Assembly (NCBI RefSeq): GCF_009914755.1
Contig: NC_060941.1
DNA length: 64,000 nucleotides
Reading direction: 5' to 3' (one strand)
DNA from: the human T2T-CHM13v2.0 reference genome, Homo sapiens
Shown: piece after piece, positions 1-19,043 of the stretch
How the letters are laid out: each line of letters starts with the position of its first letter
Position numbering within the stretch: the first letter of the stretch is position 1
Program-made: the position numbers and the translations under genes
The notes under the pieces: generated by a model
Databases searched by the model: none
What the model saw: only the letters and a program-made list of their open reading frames with translations
What the model was told of the DNA's origin: nothing

Positions 1-164
<164 letters not shown>

Positions 165-413
165 TAATTGTGGAAGTAAACCGTGAGCTTCTCTCAAGAC
201 ATACCTCTTCCCATTCTGCAGCTACTTTCCCTGCAATTAGGTCACAGGGCCACAAGATGACAAAACAAAAAGGCTGATGTCACAATCTTTTTTTTTTATC
301 TAACATATAGATGATCATGTTTGTCTCTTGCAATTTGATTCCTAGAGTTTACTTATACAATAGTCATGCTGAGAATTATTTAATGTTTTGATTCTTTTTA
401 AAATAGTATTATT

Positions 414-786
<373 letters not shown>

Positions 787-969
787 TCAGACAGAGAAGA
801 TGGTGGGGAAAAATGGGTCCCAGGTGGAAGAGGAGGGAAGCAGAGAGGGTGAGGTGCAGAGAACACGATGTCTACAGGGAGCAGAAGGTCTGCCAATGAT
901 TGCAGTCTAGGCTATGACGGGGAAGGGAAGGACACCAGGTTCATCGCTCCGGGCTTCACAGGCACCTAC

Positions 970-1112
970 TTGGGATGCTTGAAGGCCATCAGGCAGCGCT
1001 CGTACTTCCCCACCATGCTCCAGGCCATGACCAGGCCATCAGTGCTTCCTGAGAGGAGATGCCACTGGTCAAAGAACAGGCATTTCACAGCTCCCTCGTG
1101 GCCACTGAGAGT
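970..1112 (-). CDS. FBXW10B: FBXW10B/CDRT1 exon 10 (TLSGHEGAVKCLFFDQWHLLSGSTDGLVMAW...FKHP; WD40); gene continues beyond the window start
   Basis: tttcttgcAG acceptor, CAA|GTAGGT donor, 143 nt. Confidence 0.92.
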
Positions 1113-1268
1113 CTGCAAGAAAAGATACCACTGTCTTCAACTCAGACTGTGACTCCTCCAAGAACCAAAGCTGAGCCTTCTTCAGATGAATCCCAAAGCC
1201 ACCCCCCAACCAATCTGTGACTGCCATTCACTCGGTAGGTACCTGAGCTAATCCTGCTTTTGCTCTAA

Positions 1269-1665
<397 letters not shown>

Positions 1666-2140
1666 TCAGGGTGGGGCCTTGCTCCTGGTGGGTCTGTGTT
1701 TGGGGCAGACACTACCTTCTTGGAGCACTAGAGAGGGCCAGAAATCACTGTCCTTTGCTGTGAGAAGGACGAAGGTAAGGTGTGCCATCCCAGCTCCTTG
1801 CCAGAACCCAGAGTGCACATGGGCCATCCCTGTGCCTGCAACCGCTGGATTGGCCATAGTGACAAGATTGGTGGGGAAATTCCACAGGCCAAGCCAGCCA
1901 CTTTTCACTGTGATCCTGTGTTCCTGCTGCAAATCATATATCAACACCACCCACTAAGGCTAGGGGTTCCGATCCAGCAAGAATATGTTTCATGACCATC
2001 CAATCACTTTCAAGACCATCCATGTTCTCTCTTCATTAGAGAGCATGGAGAAAAAAAATTCTCTGTTCATCCCCCAGTGTTTTCTTCTTAGGAAAAAATG
2101 CTTCGTTCATCCCCTCACCCCATGCCAGAATGCAATACTC

Positions 2141-2408
2141 TTTTTTTTTTTTTTTGAGACGCATGATCTCAGCTCACTGCAACGTCTGCCTCCCTGGTTC
2201 AAGCAATTTTCCTGCTTCAGCCTCCCAAGTAGCTGAGGTTACAAGCGCCCACCACCATGCCCGGCTAATTTTTTGTATTTTCTTTTTTTTAGTAGAGACA
2301 GGGTTTCACTATGTTCGTCAGGCTGGTCTCGAACTCCTGACCTCATGATCCGCCTGCCTCAGCCTCCCAAAGTGCTGGGATTACAGGTGTGAGCCACTGC
2401 GCCTGGCC
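2141..2408 (-). mobile_element. Alu (small deletion near its 3' end)
   Basis: Alu consensus. Confidence 0.9.
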
Positions 2409-2736
2409 CTACAGAGTGCAATACTCTGGAGGAGAAAAAGGTACTTCACCTCCACTGCTGTTAGAAGGCCCTGAGACCATATCTCATGCTGAGTCAGAAT
2501 GCAGCCTTCCTCTACCAACCCCATGATACTGTGGGTCATGATGTGGGCGGTGGAGCCCCTACCCTCCACGGACTCTGAATGCCTCACTTTGGGGCCTTCC
2601 CCTTTAGAGCTTCAGGACTGTCCTTCTTGAAGGCCATACTCAGTTGCTCTAGGATGACCTGAGGAGCTAGGTAGGGGGAGCCCACCCATCTCCTCCCCAG
2701 TGCCCTTTCCGCCAAGGTAGCCCACTGCCCACTTAC

Positions 2737-2885
2737 CTTTACCAACTGGGCCATGGCAATGTGCCACACTTTCACCAGCCCTCGCTCACAGCTGCTCACA
2801 ATGTAGGTATCATTGATCCTGGTGGCCAAGATGGGGTCTTTGTGTCTAAACGTCTTCAGGCACTTCCCTGTGTCTACATCCCATA
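2737..2885 (-). CDS. FBXW10B: FBXW10B/CDRT1 exon 9 (VWDVDTGKCLKTFRHKDP...VKVWHIAMAQLVK; WD40)
   Basis: ccttttcAG acceptor, AAG|GTAAGT donor, 149 nt; cumulative CDS 1704 nt. Confidence 0.92.
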
Positions 2886-3568
2886 CTGAAAAGGAGGGAG
2901 ACAGAGGAAGACATGGGAGTGGGGAAAAAGGGGGAAAAGGAAGGTTACAGTGGAGTTCTGCTCCCCATCACAGAAGCAAAGACTCATCGAGCCCATCAAG
3001 TCAGATTCTAGAAGGACTTCCCGTGGCCTAGCACCTCCGAAGAGCAGGCTCACCAACAGCTCATGTGCCCACAGCACAGAGCGCCCTGAATACAGGTGGT
3101 TGAGGGAGCCCGCAATCCAGAAGACCTTGGCTATGGCCCTGGAACTTAGCCTTGAGGCCCAAGTGCTAGACAGCTCATCTCTAATCAGCTGATTCCTCAA
3201 GCCTGAAAAATGCTTGCTATCGAGTAGATTTCATAAAAATCATGGCATACAGCTTGAGTAGGGGCAGGTAAAATTAAAAAAAAAAAAAGAAAATCTTGGC
3301 ATACATGTAGTGTTGTCATTTTTCCCAGATGTTGTCTTCCTGACCCACACCTTCTATCCCCAAAATGAAAGAAGGTCATCTACCCTCACTTACATTTTTA
3401 AATACTTCTGAATCTGACTTTTCAATTTTATGGAGAAATGGTCACAGCTAGGGGTGGGTTTACTGCTGCTTCAACACAGACTGTGTTAGAGCAACTGCCT
3501 GGCATATTCTAGTGGGGATGAGAGTGGGTGGGTGGCAGAACAGGGTTTTCTAAAATGAAGAAGTTGAT

Positions 3569-3906
<338 letters not shown>

Positions 3907-4572
3907 TCAGGAATGAAAACATTAAAGTCTCCTTCAAAGGTGCTCCCCAAAAGCACCTTCTTCCTCAGGCAACAGGACAAGTGGTCTGAGACAAAATATA
4001 ACAACCAGAGTTGACACTTACATGGCACTAACAGCCGGCGATGACTCAAGGTGTGTGACATGCTCATCGTCACAAGACAAGTACTATTATTATTCCCCAC
4101 TACACAGATGAGGAAACTGAGGCATAGAGAAGTTGGGTTGCCTGCTCAAGTCTTGCAGGTGGTGAGTGGCAGAGCCGGGATTTGGACCTAGGGAGTCTGG
4201 ATCCAGAGGCCATGTGCTTAATCATTTCTGCTAGGTTAGCCCTAACTATGTAAGTATGCTTTCCTTCACTTATATTTTATGTATATATCTTGGCCCATTT
4301 ATAAAATTACCAATGGGGCTCTAGTGAGGATTAAATAATGTATGTTAAGCATCTGTCACAAAACTGGTACTCAGTAAATGGCAGCCGTTGTTGTTCATGG
4401 ACTTATTATATTCCCCACTATATATTTATGTATCTGCTTCCATTAGGAGACAATGAGCCCTTTGAAGAAATAAAAAGTTATATCTAAAGGGCCATATCCT
4501 ATTATTTTTTTTTTCTCCTCAGCACTTAGCTCAGTGTGTGGCTTGCTGTAGGTATTCTACAGACGGTTGTTG

Positions 4573-4640
4573 AATGGATGGATTGATTGATAGATGGAAG
4601 GAAGGAAGGATGGGTGGGTGGGTGGATGGATGGATGGATG
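4573..4640. repeat. (GGAT)/(GGAA) simple repeat
   Basis: gaatggatggattgattgatagatggaaggaaggaaggatggg... Confidence 0.8.
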
Positions 4641-4748
4641 ATAAAGAATAAATGAGTGCCTGCCTATAGAAATGAGCAAAACAAAGCATTTTGGTAACCT
4701 GTGGGTCGGGGGAAACTTCTTAGAAAATTTAAGGCACTTCTTTCTCAC

Positions 4749-4870
4749 CTTTTACCTGGCAATCTCTTCCTCCAGATACGAGCCTGTTCTTACACAAGTC
4801 CATGCAAGTGATAGTCCCCTGGTGACCACCGAAGATTCGTGTGCAAACCCCACTTTTCAGATCCCAGTAT
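4749..4870 (-). CDS. FBXW10B: FBXW10B/CDRT1 exon 8 (YWDLKSGVCTRIFGGHQGTITCMDLCKNRLVSGGRDCQVK; WD40)
   Basis: ttcctgcAG acceptor, AAG|GTGAGA donor, 122 nt. Confidence 0.92.
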
Positions 4871-5111
4871 CTGCAGGAATCAGGCCAAAAGAATGTGAGA
4901 GTTCCTGAGGGCCCAAAGGATCATACTGCGTAGAACCCATGTAGATAATTAGTTAGTTGGGAGGCAGCAGATTCTCATGGTTCAGCTTAGAGTCAGGGGC
5001 CTGGATTTGAATCCCAGCTGCAGCACCTATTTGGTGTAACTTTGAGGAAGTTAATTTCTGTGTAAGTTTCCTTTCCTCATTGATAAAATGGAAATAATAA
5101 TAAGAGTCGTT

Positions 5112-5414
<303 letters not shown>

Positions 5415-5456
5415 TTACATCATAGGGTTTTTGTGAAGAATTAAATGGACTAATAC

Positions 5457-5672
5457 AGTGATTGTCAATCTTGGGTAACTTCTACCCCCATAGGCCATTT
5501 GGAAATATCTGGAGATATTTTTGGTGGTCACAAGCCGGGAAGGAGGTGCCACTGGCATCTAGTGCATAGAATCCAGAGATGCTGCTAAACATCCTACATT
5601 GCACAGGGCAGGCCCCACAGTAAAGAATTTCCCAGCCCCAGATGGCAATAGTGCCAAGGTTGAGAAACCCTG
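5457..5672. mobile_element. MER20 (hAT-Charlie) DNA transposon fossil
   Basis: cagtg...actggcatctagtg...gatgctgctaaacatcctaca...aaggttgagaaaccctg. Confidence 0.8.
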
Positions 5673-6152
5673 CACCAGTGGAGATAACACTGGAATAGTG
5701 ACTAACATGTACAAAATGCTTGATCAGTGTCAGGTGGTTTTTAGATAGAAGCGTCCTGAATGACCACCAGCCTTAGAATCCATGGCACTGATTCCACGGT
5801 ACAGTGGATCTGCAAACAAGAGCAACAGAATCCTTTACCAATCACTTAGATCCAAAATATTTATGCACATATAGGGCATATCTAAGAGATAGATGGGAGC
5901 AAAGATGAATTATCTGTTTTTTAACAAGAACACTTGCCCAAGGTCTCTCAACTGCCATTGATGCTTCCGCTTCAGCTAGGCTGCTTTTGAGACAGGACAA
6001 AGCAGAATGCTGAGATACTGGTTCTGGAGAAGGCTGCCTGAAGTCCATTCCCAGGGCCATCACTTACTAGCTGTGTGATTCTGGGCAAATTACTGAACTA
6101 CCACTTACCTCAGTTTCTTCATCTGTAAACTGAGAATAATAATTGTACTTAC

Positions 6153-6456
<304 letters not shown>

Positions 6457-6982
6457 TCACAGAGTTATTGTGAGGCTTGGCACATAAAAACGATTAATAT
6501 GTCTTTGTAGTTTTTTGGATATGTTAAAGCTTTTTCTTCTAATATTCCCAAGGGTTTTGCAGCCTTACCAATGCCTTACCAGTTTCTCAGAGCCTACAAT
6601 GCAGCCACAGTGCATTGAATGATGGCACAGTGCTCTGAAAGAAAGCATGTTTTGAATTTCTGTTTCTAGCAATATGGTGGTATATGTCTTCAGGTTGGTT
6701 TTTTAAATTTATGCAAGAAAAGGTATTTGATAAATACTTTTAGAAAAATAGGAAAAGAAGGAACTTTCCAGATTTAGTAAAAGGTATAAGCCAAAGTCAT
6801 AACAGCAGGTATTATGCTCAGTGGAGAAACTGTAGATGTATTCCCTTCCAGAAGGGGAACAAGATGAAGATGCCCACTCTCACTGCTACTGCCTGCCACA
6901 GCACTGGAAGGCCTAGGCAAAGTTAGAAGAAAAGAAAAACAAAAGGTGGTATAGGCATTAGAAAAGAAGATAATATATTGTC

Positions 6983-8354
<1,372 letters not shown>

Positions 8355-8821
8355 TGAAAAGTAGAATTTCCCTCCCAGTCACATTTTAAAACATTCTCCA
8401 AATGCATACCTAAAAACAAAACAAACAGTTTTCAAGGAGGGGGATTTTGATTAAAAACAGAAAGACAGTGGACTAGATCAGAGAGCTCAGGGACATTCTC
8501 ATGCACATATGGGAAATTTCCATGTGATAAAGATAGCACCTCAAATCAATGGAGGAAGTGGCAGGTTATATAGTAGTTGCTGTGGGGGAGAAACTGCTCA
8601 CATTATTCATTTATGAATAAATGAAATGGAAACTCTACCTAACGCCACATACAAGGTTGAATTGCAAATAGATTAAAAAACTGAATGCAAAAGATAAAAC
8701 TGTAATGTTGATAGAAGAAAATATTAGAAAATATCTCTGTGACCTAGAAGAGGGAAGAATCACAGAAATGAGGAAAAAAAAAACCCTGATAAACTGATAT
8801 TTTATTACATTCATATTGAGA

Positions 8822-9404
8822 TTTTTTTTTTTTTTTGAGACCGAGTTTTTTTTTTTTTTTTTTTTTTGAGACGGAGTCTCGCTGTCGCCCAGGCTGGAGT
8901 GCAGTGGCGCAATCTCGGCTCACTGCAGCCTCCGCCCCCTGGGGTTCACGCCATTCTCCTGCCTCAGCCTCCCGAGTAGCTGGGACTACAGGCGCCCGCC
9001 ACCTCGCCCGGCTAATTTTTTGTATTTTCAGTAGAGACGGGGTTTCACCGTGTTAGCCAGGATGGTCTCGATCTCCTGACCTCGTGATCCGCCCGCCTCG
9101 GCCTCCCAAAGTGCTGGGATTACAGGCGTGAGCCACCGCGCCCGGCGAGACCGAGTTTTGCTCTTGTTGCCCTGGCTGGAGTGCAGTGGCACCTCCCAGG
9201 TTCAAGTGATTCTCCTGCCTCAGCCTTCCTGAGTAGCTGAGATTACAGTCATGTGCCACCATGCCCAGCTAATTTTGTATTTTTAGTAGAGACGGGGTTT
9301 CTCCATGTTAGTCAGGCTGGTCTCAAACTCCCGACCTCAGATGATCCGCCTGCCTCAGCCTCCCAAAGTGCTGGGCTTACAGGCGTGAGCCACCGCGCCT
9401 GGCC
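8822..9404 (-). mobile_element. Young AluY (~8846-9146) nested in an older AluS
   Basis: TSD gagaccgagtttt on both sides of the inner element. Confidence 0.9.
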
Positions 9405-9469
9405 CATATTGAGAATTTTTGTTCAACAAAATTCATGTAGATACTATGAACAAAGTTAATAGATAGTCC

Positions 9470-9672
9470 TGGCAAGAGGGTATTCTCCAGCAGATGGCCT
9501 TTGGGCTTCATCTGCACCGTTGGCTCTCCTGGGTCTCCAGCCTGCTGGCCCCACACTGCAGATTTTGGACTTGCCAGCCACCTTGATCACACAAGTCAAT
9601 GCTTTATAGTAAATCTCCTATGTATATACACATTGTATTGGTTCTGTTTCTCTGGAGACCCTGACTAATACA
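9470..9672 (+). mobile_element. ERVL LTR 3' fragment (MLT2-like)
   Basis: gcagattttggacttgccagcc...gttctgtttctctggagaccctgactaataca. Confidence 0.7.
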
Positions 9673-10011
9673 CATATGAAAAGGTGTTCAACTTCATTAG
9701 TAATCAGGAAAGTTAAAATTTAAACCCCAATAAAACACAGTGGGTTTTATTTAATACCCATCAGATTGACAAAACTGTTAGACTGTCAATATTAAGTGTT
9801 GGTGAGAATATATAAGAAGAGATATTCTCATATGCTGCCAATGGGAATGTAAATTAATACAACCACATTGGAAAACAGTTTAGTACTCCTTCCTAGAAAT
9901 TCCCATACTAAGAATATACCTTTAAAAAACTCATGCACATGGGCACCAGGGGACACATCCAAGACCCGTCTCTGGCAGCATTCTTTGAAATAATTAAAAA
10001 CTAGAAACAAG

Positions 10012-11056
<1,045 letters not shown>

Positions 11057-11442
11057 ACATATGTGTTTTTAAAGCACTATTTTGCCTCTATAGTCTGTCT
11101 CAAACCCATAAAAAACCACGTTCCCCTGAAAGAATCTGTAAGAACAAATGTAAATTATTTCTTCCTCTAAGAATGCTAATAAAGAAAATTTTTCTGATTT
11201 GCAGTCATCAATTAGAAAATATATCTGATAACTGTTATAAATCCATCTCATTCAAATGTTAAGCAATATATACATTCCTGACTTTTTCCTTGCCAAAAAA
11301 AAAATAAGCTGAAGGTATTCTAGAAGTCAGTATCTTCTAGGAAAACTGTTAACTATAAAAAGAAGAAGCATGCACACTTCTTCCATGAGCTGCCTCTAGG
11401 CCCTAGGTGGGACAGGGATCATGATGTCTTTGGACTCCTCAC

Positions 11443-11643
11443 CTGATACTTAGGTCATAGCTCCCGCTTAGGAGAAAGTTTTCCTCCTCACACAGGAAGA
11501 GGGCCCGGACACTCCCAGCATGGCCTCGGAATTCAACGGGTATCGCTTTCACTTGTATGATGTCCAGAAGATGGATCTTTCGATTAGATGACACAGCTAT
11601 CAGATCTCCCCCGGAATAGTGGATGACTCGGTTTTGATCCCAC
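11443..11643 (-). CDS. FBXW10B: FBXW10B/CDRT1 exon 7 (WDQNRVIH...GHAGSVRALFL...LLSGSYDLSI; WD40)
   Basis: AG acceptor at 11644-11645, CAG|GTGAGG donor, 201 nt; GH...SGSYD WD40 signature. Confidence 0.93.
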
Positions 11644-12227
11644 CTGAGTGCCAGGGGAAAAGGATTATCCATGAAAGAAGAGTCAGTGTCCCTCCTGGGA
11701 CTGACTTAGCCCCATGACTTTTGCCTACAGCAGTGGTGTAAAGGAAAATCCAGGGCCTTTCAACAAGGGAGGCAGCAGAAGGCAAGGTTGAGAATTAACA
11801 GGCTCTGAGGGATCCCCACTCTCATACGATGACAAAAATCCATTTCCGTTAAATTTAAAAACTAGAGACACAAGGCAATTTTTTAACAATTCTGTAAATG
11901 TATGCTAAATCCCCAAGAGAGAGAACAGAGTATGTGGCATTGCCCGGATTTAATTGATCACGGAAACCTTTTTTCTTGGAAAACATCAGAGGAACACAGT
12001 TGGGAAGTCCTGTGCACACTGTATTTCTTTTCTTTTGTTTTTTCCCTTAATCAATATCCAGTGACCATATATTAGGTTCAAAGTCCTGTGCTAGTAGATA
12101 TCACAGGAAATATAAATAATTATCAGATAAGGACCTTACTTACAATGAGCTTATTGTCCCATAAAACTAGGTGAGTTGAATTAATCTTTCAATCATAGGA
12201 TTATTAGCAAATAGGTAAAGTATGAAC

Positions 12228-12530
12228 AGGATGACCAAATAATGTATTGTCCAAACTGAGAGTTTTTTATTGTGAAAGGGGACACTATTTATTTATTTTT
12301 AGAGACAAGGTCTTGCTCTGTCACCCAGGCTGGAGTACAGGGGCACAATAATAACTCCCTGTAACCTCCAGCTCTTGGCCTCAAACGATCTTCCTACCTC
12401 AGCCTCCCAAAGTTCTGGGGTTACAGGCATGAGCCACCACGCCCAACCTGGGGACACTATTATTAATGACACTAGGACTGCAGACTAGAGAGGGATTGTT
12501 CCAATAAGCAGGGATGTATAGTCACTCTAA
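12228..12530. mobile_element. MER94-like hAT element interrupted by a FLAM (~12290-12449)
   Basis: aggatgacca...ggggacactatt [FLAM] ggggacactatt...tagtcactct. Confidence 0.5.
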
Positions 12531-12540
12531 ATATGGGGAG

Positions 12541-12755
12541 CTTTGAGACCAACCTGACCAGAGAACGAAACCCCGTCTCTACAAAAAAATTCAGAAATTA
12601 GCCAGGCGTGGTGGCATGTGCCTATAGTCCCAGCTACTTAGGAGACTGAGGGAGGAGAATCGCTTGAACCCAGGAGGTGGAGGTTACAATGAGCCAAGAT
12701 TGCACCACTGCAGCCCAGCCTGGACGACAGAATGAGATTCACTCTGAAAAAAGAA
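12541..12755 (+). mobile_element. 5'-truncated Alu
   Basis: Partial Alu consensus. Confidence 0.8.
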
Positions 12756-12790
12756 ATATGGATAGTATGGTGATAATTGTTCTTTAAACT

Positions 12791-12902
12791 ACATATATAT
12801 GTGTGTGTGTATATACATATATTTTTATGTATATATATATACATGTACATATATGTATATGTGTATATATATATGTGTGTGTATATGTACACACATATAT
12901 AT
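12791..12902. repeat. (TA)/(TG) low-complexity microsatellite
   Basis: acatatatatgtgtgtgtgtatatacatat... Confidence 0.9.
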
Positions 12903-13793
12903 AAGGAGCAATTCTTGATATTTTTGCCCTTATTCCGTTTGTCATACCTAGAGTTCAACTAGTCACCATCTCTTCTAAAGAGCAGTTATCACCACACTAA
13001 GCATAAAAATTCAACTTTGCCTTTCCCCTATCTTATCTGTTCTGTCTTCCCCATACTGACTGTTCTATTGTCAAGATGCAATTTGTTAATAAGATTCATG
13101 GCCAAAAATAAAGTAGAAGTGGACTTTGCAAAACCTTGTGAATATAAAGTGAAGTCCTAGGCCTAAAATATGGCAGAAAGTTGCTTATTAAAGGACCTTC
13201 GTCTCTCGGCATATTGAAATGATGTCAGAGTATGCAATTATAAATACGATTGTCATATTTACCATGGGAAGATATCTATAGTACTTTGCTGGGCTGGGTT
13301 ACAGAAATATGTGTAATATAACACCACTTCTACTAAAATATGTGCTAAGTATGCAAAGAAAAGAATTCTAGAAGGGTAGACATCAATATTAATGGTGGTT
13401 ATTGCTAGGTGATAGACTACAGGAAAACTTTGCCTTTCTCTATACATTTTCTGGCATTTGAAAGATTTTTTCCAATAACCGTATATTATTTCTAAAATTA
13501 ATAAAACAAAATAAAGATATTTCAAAAAATAAAGATTTTATGTGTGACTTGTGCAAAAAGTTGTTGGTCAGCATACCCAAAATTTAGAAAGGGAAAGTGT
13601 CCTTTACCCACTGCCAAGAATGGTGCAAAATGAAGCAGGTATTGTCTACATGGGATCATGTGCGAGTTTAGGGCTGGAGCTTGAGGTGAGGAGAGCTTGC
13701 CTTTCCATGTACACAAAGGTCAGGGAAATCCCAAATGTCAGTGTGGATAACTCAAGCGTCCCTAGAGACCCAGATTCTGACCCCAGTACCTAC

Positions 13794-13903
13794 GTGTCAG
13801 AGAGAATGCGAACATTGTAGGTCCCACAGAAAACATTTCTCTCCTCCATCAGGACCTGCTGCGTTTCCTCGTTCTGGTATGCAGTCCACAGGTTGTACTC
13901 ATT
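13794..13903 (-). CDS. FBXW10B: FBXW10B/CDRT1 exon 6 (NEYNLWTAYQNEETQQVLMEERNVFCGTYNVRILSD)
   Basis: cccttgttAG acceptor, CAC|GTAGGT donor, 110 nt; not in the ORF track, translated by hand. Confidence 0.9.
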
Positions 13904-14383
13904 CTAACAAGGGAATATTTGAAGTTAAAGCTCAGTGGTAACTTCAAATACCCACAGTCCCAGAGCCCCTAGGGTCTCCCTGGTAAGGGCACAGGGCTCA
14001 CAGATTCTTCCTCTGAAGGCTGAGGCTGCTGCTCTGCAGAGAAGGGAGCAGCCAGTGAGCAAGCACCAAAGGAAACCATGAGTTAGAAAATGTTGGGTCA
14101 AGGTTCTTAATTCTTCTTTCATCTCTTTGATTTTCCATGTGCCCTGATTCCATGAACTTTCAAGGCTGAATTCCAAATGTCACCAATAACACAACTTTTT
14201 CAAAAATCAGCTCACAAAGGGTATCCTCACAACATAAAGTCACAGGTGCCCTTTGACCGACCATTTCACAGAAGTCGGAACGTCATATGTATATTACATC
14301 TACCTGATAGTACAAAGCACACTCAGGGGATTTTAAGCCAACTGTGAAATTACTGCTACACATGCTATGCTATGCATTTGCAT

Positions 14384-15041
<658 letters not shown>

Positions 15042-16059
15042 TAGATCACTTGCCCCACAAAATGTTCTCATTATTTTACAGATAAGGTATCTGGGACTCA
15101 GGGAAAGGAAATCATTTTATCAAGTCTTGACAGGGGCGCTTTCATTTGCTTCCCAGTCTTTCTTTATTTCCTTCCTGCCTGCCTGCCTTCATTCCTCCTC
15201 CCTCCTTCCCTCCCTCCTTTGCTTCCTCTATCACACACCTTCTGGCATTCCAGACATGCTAAATTCTGGCATAGATGACTGAACTAGACTCTCAGTTCCA
15301 TTTATATTCCCTGCCATATTCTATCCTCAAATAGCCAGAAATAACAGTCCCATTAGACTAGCAGGAAGAAAAAGCAGAATATATTTATCTTGAAGGCAAA
15401 GAAGAACACAGCATCATGTTTGCACCTGAGAGTCCTCTTGGGGACATCTCTGAAGTCTCCTTCCAAACCTTAGCCTTCTGCTCCATGCCTTTAGACTCTT
15501 CCTCAGATGCCCTCTTTCCTCTGCTCCCTCTCCTTCTTAATCTTTAACCATGTAGTCTATCTCTGCTCAGAAGAATCTGCCAACCTGCCTCCCCTCCAGT
15601 GTCCAGGGAGTTTTCCATATCCCAGCCTGAATTAAATAATGCCGCCCTGGATTCTCCCAACCCAGGTGAGAATTCATTGGCCCTTGCTCATCTCCTAAGT
15701 TTTGTGAGCCCAAGAAGCCACATGGTGGAGTCATTGGGAAGGGAAAGACCTGAGTTTAAATTCCAGCTCTGCCACTGCCCAGCTGTGAGACCTCGGCCAC
15801 TTTCTCACACCATATCCTTCATTTCCACATCCATAAACTGGGAGCAACAACACCTCCTCGATCTATGGTGAAATCAAGTAAATGCTGTATGCAGAGCTAC
15901 GGGCATCAGGCACACAGTTTATACTCATGCTATTACTCACCACCCTGAGAAGCACTCACCTCCGCTTTTCCCAGGAGACTCTGTAACTGCTTAGTCTTGC
16001 TATTTCATGTGTTCTCCATACTGTTTCACCTGCTTCTCTGCTTCTCTCCCTTTTCTCTC

Positions 16060-16945
<886 letters not shown>

Positions 16946-17205
16946 ATACAGTCCAGTTCTGTCAAAACTTCCTAGAATGTCAAACACTGGCTGGGTAGTC
17001 CTTCTGTTGGGCCATTACTGACTGTATCACCCAAGGAAGAAGGGTGTTCTTTGTGTTATACTTAAAACAGCAACAGACTTGAAAACAAAAGCAGGTCCAC
17101 GTTCAAATGAATACCTCTTTCACTCAGCTGGCTGGGAGAGCTTGACCTCTCTGCGCCTCAGTTTCTTTATCTATAAAATGGGTGAAGGGACCAGCTCAGA
17201 AATGA

Positions 17206-17541
<336 letters not shown>

Positions 17542-18445
17542 CAGAAACGTGTTTTCTTTGGCCTATGTAGTTTTTAAAACTGCTTTTAAATGGTTGCCAG
17601 CATTTAATAAAAGCAAGAGATTTCACATAATACCTCAGGTTTCTATCTTCCAAGACTTAGATGGTCTAGCGGTCAGGGGCCTCAAGACAATCTCTCAAGA
17701 CAATAATTAGCCAGAACTGATGAGCAGCTGGCCCTTCAGATGCAGGTGAACTGTCCAGTCCATGACAGCCACACCGTCCGCTACTCCCCACACCACCCGT
17801 CTCCTCCTTTGTGTCACCTGCCTGGCCCCTACAGGTCATATGAACTAGATGCTCTCTCTGGATGCTTCTGTTTCTCAAATTCTAATTTAACATAGCTGCC
17901 TTATGGGAAGCGACAGTCAAACCATCCCTCATCAACTATCCTTTTGGGGCCAATTAAATAGACTTCAAAATAGACTTTAAGCAGGTGGGGGGGCGCAGAA
18001 ATCTAATGGTTTTAGGAATATCAACCATGCCTTGATAGTCAAAGCAAAGAGCTCGAAGAGTCTTCCGGTCACTCTTCATTATTGCCCAAGAACTAGTGGA
18101 AAGGGCTATATTTAATTAACTTTCCCCTTCCATCCTAGAGCCAGAGTAAACCTGAAAGTGAGGGATGAGGGAGCCAAATTCATCTAGGCCCTAGGCATTC
18201 TGGAACCAGCCCTGGCCCTCCCCTCGGGTCCTCCTCAAATTCCTGAGCAGCAGATGCTGGATCCTCCAGAGGCATGGGCTGATGGGGTTGCTCCTGGCCT
18301 CTGAACTTGCCACTAAATGACCTGGTGCCATGGACACAAAACACGGCCAGGGGCTTTGAAGTAAGGAAGAACCCTGAGAAGACAACCAAATCAATCCACC
18401 CATCCAACACATGAGTAAAGCAAGGCTTAAGAAGAGGAAGTGTCG

Positions 18446-18796
<351 letters not shown>

Positions 18797-18920
18797 TTAA
18801 GGAGTGTCACCTGCCGTGATCCTCTGTCCTCACTCCAGGGCTGAGTCTGGACCTCAGCCTTCAATGGCAATTAGAATGAGACGCTCACAGCTACTTGCCC
18901 CAGATGCTGTTGGAACCCAC

Positions 18921-19043
18921 CTTCGTTCTCAACTTCCACTTCGGATGTTTCACACGCATGCTCTTCCCGTCATCTACCATTTTAGGAACTGGGATAGAAA
19001 CCTTATTGGCATAATTAGGATCAATTCCTCTTGTATAGGACCC
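18921..19043 (-). CDS. FBXW10B: FBXW10B/CDRT1 exon 5 (GSYTRGIDPNYANKV...KLRTK)
   Basis: tttttccAG acceptor, AAG|GTGGGT donor, 123 nt, phase 0-0. Confidence 0.92.

Noticed and set aside
4749-4756. Alternative donor CAG|GTAAAA 7 nt inside exon 8
   Set aside because: Would frameshift; the AAG|GTGAGA donor keeps the WD40 frame
12638-12962. Y/I/T-rich ORFs
   Set aside because: Microsatellite plus Alu translation
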